In this document: piece after piece, positions 30,002 to 40,782 of the stretch
Numbering within the stretch: position 1 is the stretch's first letter
Layout of the letters: the number at the start of each line of letters is the position of its first letter
From: Balanoglossus misakiensis
Taxonomy: Eukaryota; Animalia; Hemichordata
DNA length: 64,000 nucleotides
NCBI GenBank assembly: GCA_040954595.2
Contig: CM082586.2
Location: 5,752,509 to 5,816,508 of the forward strand
Reading direction: 5' to 3'
Notes under the pieces: model-generated
What the model was told of the DNA's origin: nothing
Databases searched by the model: none
The model's input: only the letters and a program-made list of their open reading frames with translations
Translations under genes and position numbers: made by a program

Positions 30002-31669
30002 TGAGACTAAACCAGGAAAAGAATCAACAAGCAAACTGAACTGACAATCTCTGCACATCCGTCAAATAGAGATACACTAGACTCAGTGGCGCATTCGCGT
30101 GTCATGTATAGTCATATAGATGTAGGTGTTGTCATTCGCCAAACAATCCACATGGTAATTAATGAATAAATCAACGTTCCAATTGATGTTTCTTTAGCTC
30201 TTCGTCAATTCTATACACAACGTGGAATAAATTATGTTATGTTACCTTGAATAAGGTCAGAGGCCGAAACACAAATACATTGTACTGCCGAAAACAACTT
30301 AGTTCGGAAGATCCAACTGACATTTTAACATCAAGCTTTAGGCTACGATGATAGTGTACATTCACCTTTACTCCTTTTCACAAGTGTTTAGGAGACGTTT
30401 TAATGTATCACCCGACACAAAGAAACAATTTCTTTTAAAATTGGATGTAACAACAATGAAGACAGGTCGTGGCAAATTTCTGTACATGTATACAAGGATA
30501 TGAGGGTATAAGGGTTAGGGAATTCACGGTATCAGCTTTGAATGATGGATTAAGACTCAATCACTGAACAGGGTTGATCTATGCGTTAAGAAGACTTAGT
30601 CTACTCCATACGTAGGTCAACCGCATGTGCCAAATGGGTCAGCGGTTGAGAGAACCACAGACAACGTTCTGCAATTGTCGAGTGGAGGTCGAAACACCTT
30701 CGACGAAGACAAATTGCAATTTGCCAGCATGGAACGTTGGATGGCAAATGCATGAGTTGAATAACGGAAATCGACGTGTGCAATGTTTTCTGTGAATGTT
30801 ACTCTGAAAAGGCAGAGCCGTTTCACTTCACTGCAATCCATAAGGAAGTAACACACAGATGTGTTTTATATAATGCTGTAGGAGTGATTCAAACTTCTAT
30901 TAGGCCTGCAGCTTTCATGTTTTGCACGCATGGTAGTCACAGTGAATGAGCTCAACGTCGGTCGTCATCAATTTTAGTGAGATAGATGTGTCGACGTTCT
31001 CAGAAGACAATTCTTGTTCAGCACTTTCATATTGATATTTAGAACGTGACGCCATGTTGATGTACGGTAAAAGACATGTACGCAAATTTATGCAACTAGA
31101 TCAGGCCTCTTCGATTCCATCAAATAATGCTGTAAAACAGGTACATTTCCTGCAATTTGGCATAATTGCTTTCAAGAAACATCTTGCGCTGAAGGAGGAT
31201 AAATTAAGTGCAGTTGTGCAACATCTAATGAACATGTGTACCGTCCTAGGAGACTGTTAGCATTATTAACTCCCTCATTTTACAAGGTCCTTTGTAATTT
31301 CTAATTTATTACTGTGATAATTGTATCATAATTGGAAAGGAATGGAATGATGTACCCGAGGCAAAAAGTCACACATACAGAACAAATGAATGATTGAGTG
31401 GGCAGTGTGTACTAAAATTAATACATAAAAATGCAATTTTCCAATCCCTGGTTTTCGCATTAGTTCTTGTTGACACCAAATGCGTGTATGGAAATTAAAA
31501 TATTCATGACTTTAATCTATTTGTTGCTAGATATAATATGCTAATAAGGATCACAGTATGCCTTGGAGGAAGAAGGTGCAAGATACAATAGCTGTACACA
31601 ATACGTGCTCAGGCTACGTACGTGAGATATTGAGCTTGCCTCCGGGAAAAGTGAAGGTCATATACAAGG

Positions 31670-31762
31670 ATAACCCTTTCACTCGTGTTTTTCTCTTTCA
31701 AGGTCCAACTATACCAATGAAAACTATGGATATGACCCAAACCATGGGGGTAAAACGGTTAA
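31670..31762. mobile_element. About 90-bp MITE-like element with (T)TAA-CCCTTTCAC...TTAA ends (piggyBac-type termini)
   Basis: Begins TAACCCTTTCAC and ends AAACGGTTAA. The internal AGGTCCAAC..TACCA..AACCATGG is shared with the copies at 39181-39272 and 35708-35745. Confidence 0.5.
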
Positions 31763-32837
31763 AAACACTGGGAGCAAACTCAAAAATTAAGTTTCACCTA
31801 TAGGAGATTTAACGTCACGTATGATGTTTGCATAATATCGACTGGTTTTATATGACCTGCTCAGAACATTTGCAACGTCTCTTATAAGATATCGAAATGT
31901 AGCTAGGCTACAAATAAAACGATGTTCACTGATAAAAGACGCGTGATAAAGAATCCCCCAGACGCTGGAATACTGGGCTTATCACTGAGTTTCTAGAATA
32001 CAAAATGAAGACATTAGATTCATCTTTGCATTAATCCCCAAGGATACTCCTCTTAAACACGAATTGTGGCTTTGCTCGCTGTTCTTCAGCGTCGGCAAAT
32101 ACTGCAGATATCATTTGAGGTAGTCTTTTAGCATTTTAGGTAGTCTTCTATCATTGTTTCAAATGATTTCATCCTATGGTGAAAACGACTTGTATATTAG
32201 TGTTTTATTTCTAAGACCATAAGATTCATCACGTGGCACGTCAAAAACACCTGAGTAAATAAAATGTGCACATTGGTAAAAAAACGTATAAGATCCATCA
32301 GAGTCACTTAAAAATATCCTTGAGTAAATACGGTTTAGAGGATTTAATTTGTGACATTGCTGTTATGTTTAAAAAGCAATTTATTCCCACAGTATAGCTT
32401 TCTGTTCTTCATTTTGACAGTTTCTTGGATTAAACAGCTGTGTACGTACTCGTTGACAGTAAGCCTAAGCATTTCTGAAAATGGCATTGTGAAAATTGCA
32501 TGCACAGTTAAGATTACATTTGATGTAAATGGATCATGGTTTATTTTGCTGTTAATCTCCCTGGGGAGTGATACTTTCATTCTCCTGGGCTTAATGAACA
32601 GTGACTATCAGGGTTTATACTGCGTGCGTGAAACAAGGACGTGAATAGTGTTTGTTTTTTTTGAAAATGACACAGGAATGTACTATTGAACACTATGTTC
32701 AGTGTCCTGAAGGAGAGGAAGTTGAAGGTTCTTGAATTCTACTGTAATGATTTGCCTCTGTATGGTTTGTGCACAGCAGATGTGCTGTATATTTTCATTG
32801 CGTACGTAAAAAATCGCACATGACAATGTATTTTCAT

Positions 32838-32860
32838 TTCTCTCTCTCTCTCTCTCTCTC
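32838..32860. repeat. (TC)n microsatellite
   Basis: Perfect TC dinucleotide run. Confidence 0.9.
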
Positions 32861-35800
32861 GTGACAGATTATGCAATGCCAGCATTTCTCTCAGTGAAAG
32901 TAATCTGCCGGTACTTGCAGCAGGAATTCACCTGCTAATTTGCATAAGCTTTTAAGTCATCCTGTCACTGCGGAAGCTTTCAGCTGTCGTCGCGGCCGTA
33001 TAGCTTCAGCGATGACTGTCGTGTACGAGTCACATCTCGATTCGTCCCGCTTGCCTTGGTTCAACAACAAGGTTTGCTCCCAGGATATTCTGTTGTGCTT
33101 CAGTGCTCCGCTTAGATTTGCTTGGCTTGTGCATGGATGACTCCCAAGAGATTCCTTGTACTGTTGTATATGTTTGTTTGCCTCTTGGGAGTTGGCGAAC
33201 CTAAAACGTACAACTTCAATCTGAATTCTCAAAGCCTTAGGGTGAACTATCTGAAACCCAGTAAGGGGGCAGGGGGATTTTCAAAAGGGAAATTCTACTA
33301 GGCAACTGAGAGAAAAAATGTGTGTGTCTGGGGGCATATGGTAAATGTTGAAACGACCCAAAACGTTTGCTGATTGCATCTACACTTGGTTTTCGTGTCT
33401 TTCTTCAAAAAGCAATTTAGCAATCTCGCCATCAGACTCCCTATTCCCTCTGATAAGGATCTGCTTCTCTGGTAGACATGTGGAATTTTGTCCAGGTTAA
33501 TTTCACATTCCCATCTTCATAGCTTTGTCTGTCCCTGTGGCATTTAGTTTCCCTCTTTCTGTGAACTCATCGATATCATTTAGAGTTGAGCAGAACTCCT
33601 TTCTGGGTACATACTGAAGGCACGAGTTTTTCCAGCTACATTTGTGCCATGGTCAAATAAACTATGCGGATTAAAAATCTGATTGTAATCACTGAATTCC
33701 ATCACTGTCTATATATATGTATTGCCATTTTTAGAAGGAAATCACAGTAATGATGGACTTGCTTTCGACAGGTGGCATGTGACACTGTCTGCACAGATGA
33801 CGTTGTTTATACAGGCCATCTGTTTATTTAAGCTATCTATTTCATCCGAATAGCTGGATATGGCCCGTTCTGTCGCCGGTCTTCCCCAGTATATTGTTTG
33901 TTTGACATTTTATGTGATTTAATAAGTGCCTTAATTCTCACAGTGACTAGCCGTAGATTAAACCATTCTGTGAAAGGGGTGAAAGCAAGCTGGCACAATT
34001 TCGATGTGAATCAGGGGTAATACTGTCTAATACTAACTCTGTCTACAAGGATAAATGAAGAAATTTGCTTTATAAAGATTAAAAGAACAAGTCGTCGTAT
34101 TGCCTTGAAGTCTAAGTGTTGCGCAGCAGATCCCATCCATGACATGTGTGCTCGTACTCTCGATGCTTAACTAGTCATGAACAAGTACTCTTCATGCAAT
34201 GCCCACACAAACGATCGATATCAAAGCAATTTCTGCTTTGACAAGTGAGGTGATCAGAGCCGTGTTCTGCTTTTTCTCCAAAGACGTGCTATGAATCATT
34301 GACTGTCAGACTGTCAATGGCACAACCATTACCAAGGGTAATATACACATACATATGTATGCATTGAGGTTTTGTCTAAGGAACCTTTTATAAAATTCTA
34401 TCTGACAAGTTTTTAGCTCCACCATGAACTTTATATATTTCAATTTGACCCTTGACGATTGTTTGTATAAAACTCTTTTGTCACCAGAAAATTAGGCCAA
34501 TTATAGACTTTTGATTGTTACTCTCCATTTTGCTTTTGTGCAGAGTGCGTAGCATTCCCATTTTACACCTTCCTTCACTAAATGTTCATTTTATGTCACC
34601 TATAATACGAATAATAATGGTAGAATTCTATGCTGTTTGACTTCAGGTAGTCTTGAAGTTGGACTACTGTCCACGCGGAACAGCCAATCGTATAAAATAC
34701 GGCTTTAGCTGTCTTCAAGCTGATATTTGTTATCCAACAGTATAATTTGACTTTAAAGCGCCACGGTGGTGACATGTGGGTTGACACAAGGTCATGTCAG
34801 TGACCTGAATTGACACGCAGTGTATGCGCCACCGTGCGGTCACAATTAGAAATCCACAACACCGTGGGGATCAAAGTTCAGTACTTTGAGGAGTTCGTGG
34901 AAACCAACTTCAGTTGGCAATGGCGGAGTATTGGAGGGAAGGACTCGTTCTCACCTGAAATGGCACAAAACTGCGTAATTCAGGACACCTTGATTCGGAG
35001 GATGAAATATTAAGGTAATATACATGCTGTCGTTGCCAAGGCGGCATGCATAGGGACAACTAGGTTCATTTAAGGACAAGCAACAGTATGCACTATACTG
35101 AACACGCTGTCGCACCCGGAAGTAAAATTTTGGCCTTGTAATCTGTTTTTCGGTACTTGTAGTAGTTTCTGATATTGACATGAAGTGACTGGGTTGTCTT
35201 TACTTGTGACTGAACCAGGTTACACCATTCATTGAGCCTGCAAGGCACACTGCAGGTAAAAATTAATGGAGTTGCAAACCTTCGCTTCGGTCAAAGAAGT
35301 TAATGTTCAACTACCTTCATGCCATGTGACGATTGGCATGGTATAATATATGGTCTCTGTAACGCACGTGTTTAAGGTAGCAATTGCAGTACATTTCATG
35401 ACTTATTTCAGTACATTGCAAGGTACTAAATGGGACCCCACCCCCACGCAAGATGTTTCAGTGACGCAGTCAAAGTCAGTCAGTCAGTTGTAGACTGTTA
35501 CAAATAGCTCAGTGCAGTACTTTAGCTCAAGGTTTTGCCTGGTGTTGGATGTGGATAGGGTTATGGAGGCCAAACCACAGAGGTTTTACTGTTTACACAC
35601 AACACAAGGCAAAACATCGAGCTCCAGTCATGCAATTATGGCAGTACAACGCATCATTATGATATTGTTGAAAATTATCCAGGCCAATAGAAATATAAAA
35701 TTGTGAGTGGGTTTGGACTGAACCATGGTGGTGAAAAGGGTTTAAGCAATGTGACAATATTGTGACAAGTTGCAGTCCAGCAACTACGCCATCCACACCA

Positions 35801-35895
35801 TAGTATATACACTATACTGTTTTTATGTCAAATATATAAAAACATGCGTTCTGTACTTGTTTCTACAGAAAAGCTGTAAACTGTGATCTCTGACC

Positions 35896-38800
35896 ATGGT
35901 GTCTGGTGCTCTGATTGTAAGTGATAAATGGGGTCCCCTGACCGATGGCGACGTAGCGTCAGCCGTCCGACTTCTGTCCTATCAGATGCGTATCCTCGGT
36001 CTGGAGGCGCACTGCACTGCCATTAAAGTCAGCAGTGTCGAGTACGAGGAAGCCAATCAGCTCGGCGTGACGTTACACCTGCCGAACCCCGTCGGACGGC
36101 TGCGACTGAGAGAGCCGCATCCCGATTGGCTCTTGATGCACAAGCTGTACTTCCCCGACCTATCAGCTCAGCAGAACATCAAAGTGATCTTTGGATTCGG
36201 CTTGACAACGTGCGATGCCGCTGCAAAAATTCGCAAAGATCTCTTCCCCCAGGCCAGGCTGTACTTGGTCAATCTCTGGCCCTATGATATTTTGAGGCCA
36301 AGCTACATCAGATGCACTGGAGATGAATTCATGAGCCGCATCGAACGCACGATAATTGACTGCGTTGAGGCAAACGCCATATTATCGATAGGCTTTAACA
36401 CATACCTGTACCACTCTGGTCAATACCAAACAAGTTCTGAAATAGTCTCAAAACATTTCCAAGTACCTCCACTACCGGACGATCGATACTTTTCACTGCC
36501 GCGCGCGGACTTTGATCTTGACGATGTTGAACCCTATCGAGTTCTATCCTATTACGAAGACCACTTTATTAGGGAGTTCCACATCGTCAGCCGTTTCGCA
36601 GACGTCCTCCGCTCACTGAAAGAAACGTTGAAGAGAGCAGTGACCTGGAAGATCATCGGCGTACCCAGTGGCCTGGAGAAGAAACTGAAGGAGCTGCTGA
36701 CGCCCGACCTGCATTCCGTTCTGGAGACCGCCCCACCACTCCCCGTGGAAGCGGTCGACGAAGAAATGAGAAACTCGCGACTCATTTATGTCCCGAAAGA
36801 TGCCATCAACTCGCGGAGCCTGGCGCTCAACAGCATGGCGTACGGGGTGCCGTGCCTGGTGCCCGCGGAATCCGACGTGCACGTGATACTCAACCAGCAC
36901 GTGCGAAACATTGAGAAGTACATGGTGGACGAAATGCGAGACCTGCTGTCGGTCAAGAACAAAATACGTCGATTCATCCAGAAGCCGTTCAACCCCAGAT
37001 ACAGGGCTTCGGAAGTTCGGCGATTCCTTCACTCTTCGTCGACCCAAAGTAAACAGGATTTGAAGAGAGGGTTTATGAGACTGATAAGGCCTGACCAACT
37101 TGAAGGTGAGAGAGAAGAACTTGAATGTGATACACATAACACAATGGTCAAAATTACAGCTTATGTCCCCCTAAGGGACACTGCACGTTCAGTGCCAATT
37201 ACGGCCAAATCTATGATTTTTGTTTTTGCTACTTTGCGTTCTCTGACGCCAACAGTTATCATTGGTGCTTGATCTTCAAAACTTTGATTTGTCCTCTCAA
37301 CAGGTATCCGACTAACCCGTACCGAAGCTGCAAGCATTTCAGTGCGAGTTAAAGACCCCTTTAGCAACAAATACTTTCGCTACAAACTTAAAGCAATCAG
37401 AAAGCCTTGTAAGTACATATACATCAGTGTACTACCCAGAATACTGGATTGAAGGGTATATGGAATATGGCAAAAAAAGTCGCATCATTGTCAGATATTA
37501 AGGGGTTTTCAGTTGCAAAAATTCAAAAGCAGCTATTTCACATTTCCATGTTTTCCTTATTTAGTTTTCCTTTCAATGTTCATCCCTCAGACGAAGCTAC
37601 TGTCCACCTGAGCATCAAAAGCGGAATCCCGCTGCCTGAGCGAGGGATGGACGATGTAGACGACGACCTCTTTGGCAAGGACAGGCCGGAATTCAATAAA
37701 TGCATGGAGAAGATGGCGGGCCTGCATCCCAAGCTTGACGGCAAACACTTCCACCGGCCGACCACTCGCTTCATCATGCAGCCCAAAACCGTGGAGGCCC
37801 TGGACGCACTGTGGCGGGCATACGAGAAGAACACGCTGTCGGATATTGTGGACGAAGTCATACTGACGTATGAAATCATGGAGGAAATCGGAGCAATGTA
37901 CTTGAAAATGGAAGTGGCGCTGGACTTGAAAGAGTATGAACTTTGCCGGAAAGAGTTGATGTTCGAGAAAGGTGAGCGCGAGTGCTTGTGGCTGGCCGGG
38001 CATCAAGATGAATGTCATGTTTTGTACCCAAATGATGGTATTCCCACTTTGAATACATCAAGTTAAAGAATGCAAATATTTTCCTCACCCGAGGGCCCGC
38101 TTCAGTTAAGTATACAACCATATCCAAAAGTAACTTTCGCAGCCAAATATATGAAATTTCAATCTAGAAACTTGCTCATGATTGAAATAGTGAGATTGAT
38201 GAATGTCAGCAGATTTCATGATGCTAGGTTGTTTGTTTTTGTTCTGAAAATTGTGTTCTTGTCTCCGCCAGTGTCAAGATGGAAGTTTGAACGCCGACGA
38301 AGCGCATCCGACATGGATACCATTGTTATACCCAGAGACGCCCGGTACCGATGGTACTACCAAGAGGAGGAGAAGACGGGGTTGGAATCGGCGAGGTCCT
38401 TGACAGACGTGTACCTGATGTCGGCGAAGAGAAACGCGAAGCTCGCGCAGCTCACCTTCGAGGAAGAGCTGGAGATGATGAAGCATCCCATCCCCGACCC
38501 CAAGTACAACGTCTACGACATGATCAAGAAGAAGCTGATCGACGACAACCTGCGACTGCAGAAGGAGCTGAGGGAGCTGAAAGAAACCGAGAAGGTGCTG
38601 GAAGAGGAGGGTAAAGATATCGACGAGGAGATCGTGCAGATCAAGGCCAACATCAAGAAGCAGCGGGAAGACCACCGCAAGAGGGAAGAGAAACTGAAGA
38701 AGGAGATCGCCCAACTGAGACGGGAGAAGGCCGAGTACGAGAGGCTGGAGGCCGAAAACAAGCGACTGGAGAAGGAGATTGTGGTGCGCATCCAGGAGGT

Positions 38801-40155
38801 CCACGATATGGAGAACAGCAATGAAGACAGTGAGACACAGATTAAAAGACTGAAGGAGCAATTGGAGGCAAAAACAAAGGAACTGGAAGAGGAATTCATA
38901 GCAGCAGCATCAGTTCAACGTAAGGGAAATCGCATATTATCAAACCTAACATCTGTTTGTTCTAACCTGCTATAAAACAAACGAGAGTTTAGTCTACTTT
39001 TGTGGTTGCTGTTTGTCAAAAAATGATGAGAAGGGCACATATGACTTACAGGCTCATGAGCTTAAATTTGCTGTCCTCAAAATATTTTCCAATTTTCTCA
39101 GATAGTCTCTGATAGACTTTAACAGTGTTACAGTGACATTTATTCCCAAAAAATTACATGTAAACAATTTTCAGATATTCTTCACCATTTCACCCCTGGT
39201 TCCTTCTATAGAGGTCCAACCTTACCATAGACAATCGTGGATTTGCACTGAACCATGGTTGTGAAAGGGCAAAGGAAAGCTAATGGTAATTGTTTCTGTT
39301 ACAGGTGAACCTCCTATGCAGGGTGTCAGAAAGTTTGCCGAGGAGGGCTCGGAACAAAACCAGTATCGGGGCCCGAGTGGCATAGCGATCAACTACAACA
39401 ACGAAATCGTCATGGCCGACTACAACAACCACAGGCTGCAGATCATCGGCGCGAATTACGAATGTCGACACGTGATTGAGCCCAGCGGGTTTCCCAAGCC
39501 GATGACGCCTCGAGACGTGGCTGTATCCGAGGACGGTCGTTACTTCATCAGTGACGACAGCAACAAGCAGATAGTCGTGTGCATGGAAGACAACAGTGTG
39601 GTCGCCACCTTCGGTCAGGCCGAGGGACTCGACCCGCACGGCGTGGCGCTGACCAAGGACAACTACCTCCTGGTGGCAGATCCCAGCAAAGACTGCATCA
39701 GCAAGTACTCGCTCGAAGGGAAGCACGTGCTGGACATCGGGAAGTCGGGCAACGGCCGGTGCCAGTTCCGGTCGCCCAAGTCGATCGCCGTCACCAGCAA
39801 GAATTTCATCGTGGTGTCCGACTGCAAGAACCAGCGCCTGCAGCTGCTCAGCGCCGACGGCATCTTCATCACACTGCTGAACGGCGACAGCACCAAGGCC
39901 GGCTCGGCCGAGTGCTGCAAGGAGCAGATGGATCCCTACGGCGTGGCGGTCGACAGCCGCGATCAGATATACGCCGTCGACTACGCGAACAACATCGTCA
40001 AGGTCTACGGGCAGGAAGGGTCGCTGATCGAGAACCTGGGTTGGTATCAGCTCATCAAGCCGTCGTTTGTGGCGCTGCGGTACGAGAATCCTGAAACGCC
40101 GACCATGGTCGTGTCGGAGTTTGAGCGCAACAACTACAAAGTGTTCCTGTTGTAG
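35896..40155 (+). CDS. Multidomain protein: GT4-type glycosyltransferase-like domain + TRADD-N-like domain + coiled coil + NHL-repeat beta-propeller (5 exons, 1064 aa)
   Basis: Exons 35896-37105, 37304-37408, 37591-37971, 38272-38919 and 39305-40155, all GT-AG, phase 1, total 3195 nt. Exon 1 is GT-B/GT4-like (LIVSDKWG..; PDWLLMHKLYFPDL; SRLIYVP..ALNSMAYGVPCLVP). Exon 3 resembles TRADD-N-like domains (TVEALDALWRAYEKNTLSDIVDEVILT..MEVALDLKEYELCRKEL). Exon 4 carries an E/K-rich heptad coiled coil. Exon 5 has six NHL blades (GPSGIAIN..ADYNNHRLQI; TPRDVAVS; DPHGVALT; SPKSIAVT..SDCKNQRLQL; DPYGVAVD; KPSFVAL). There is an upstream acceptor at 35867-35868 and AATAAA at 40172-40177. Confidence 0.9.
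39181..39272. mobile_element. Second copy of the ~90-bp MITE, in intron 4 of the GT4-NHL gene
   Basis: TTCACCATTTCACC...GAGGTCCAACCTTACCA...AACCATGGTTGTGAAAGGGCAA aligns by eye with 31670-31762. Confidence 0.5.
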
Positions 40156-40171
40156 GCTCCTTCTGTGTCGC

Positions 40172-40177
40172 AATAAA
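40172..40177 (+). promoter_or_regulatory. Candidate polyadenylation signal AATAAA of the GT4-NHL gene
   Basis: AATAAA 16 nt after the stop codon, followed by GT-rich sequence. Confidence 0.45.
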
Positions 40178-40346
40178 AAAGCCAACCTCCGAAGTCTGGT
40201 TTGTGCATTCGAAGTCTGGTTTGTGCAGTCAAACTGTTGTAAACTTGATGATGATTCAAAGTCGACCCTACAACTTTGAACATTGGCAGTTGTGTTCGGG
40301 GGAGCTCACAAACTCATAAATCACCTCAAAGAAGGTGGTAGCTAGA

Positions 40347-40782
40347 GTGAACTTGAATCAAGTTTCTGCATGTGCTATCGTATTGTGATAGCCTTCATGG
40401 TGATTATCAAATACAGTGTTCTGTGAAGGTTCTTCGTGTTGTAGATATCTAGATCTAGATTTTTGGATGGTGAACTTGAATCAAGTTTCTGGTTTTTGTA
40501 CAAACCTACCAACTTGATGCAGTCAGGTCAGTGATTGATACTAGTGAACATACTCGGGTACATTAGGAGAGAGATATGTGCCTGGCAGGCAGAAAAGTGA
40601 AATCCTTCACAATCTGATAATACATCATTGTGTACTTAATATACAGTCATTACCAGGCACACATGACTGTGATGAGATACACTACACACGTGCTATCGTA
40701 TTGTGATAGCCTTCATGGTGATTATCAAATACAGTGTTCTGTTCTTCGTGTTGTAGGTATCTAGATCTAGATTTTTGGATGG
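40347..40782. repeat. Local near-identical direct duplication (~99/93 bp) with a 22-bp flanking direct repeat
   Basis: 40372-40470 matches 40690-40782 except for one 6-bp indel and one substitution. GTGAACTTGAATCAAGTTTCTG occurs at 40347-40368 and 40470-40491. Confidence 0.9.

Noticed and set aside
37106-38271. ORF-track extensions of the GT4-NHL exons (37106-37272, 37449-37590, 38070-38271)
   Set aside because: AT-rich intronic read-through outside the GT-AG boundaries, so not separate genes.
36552-40185. Long antisense and alternate-frame ORFs (e.g. 39280-40185 minus, 38274-38861 minus, 46054-46728 minus)
   Set aside because: Shadows of GC3-rich sense exons with no recognisable motifs.
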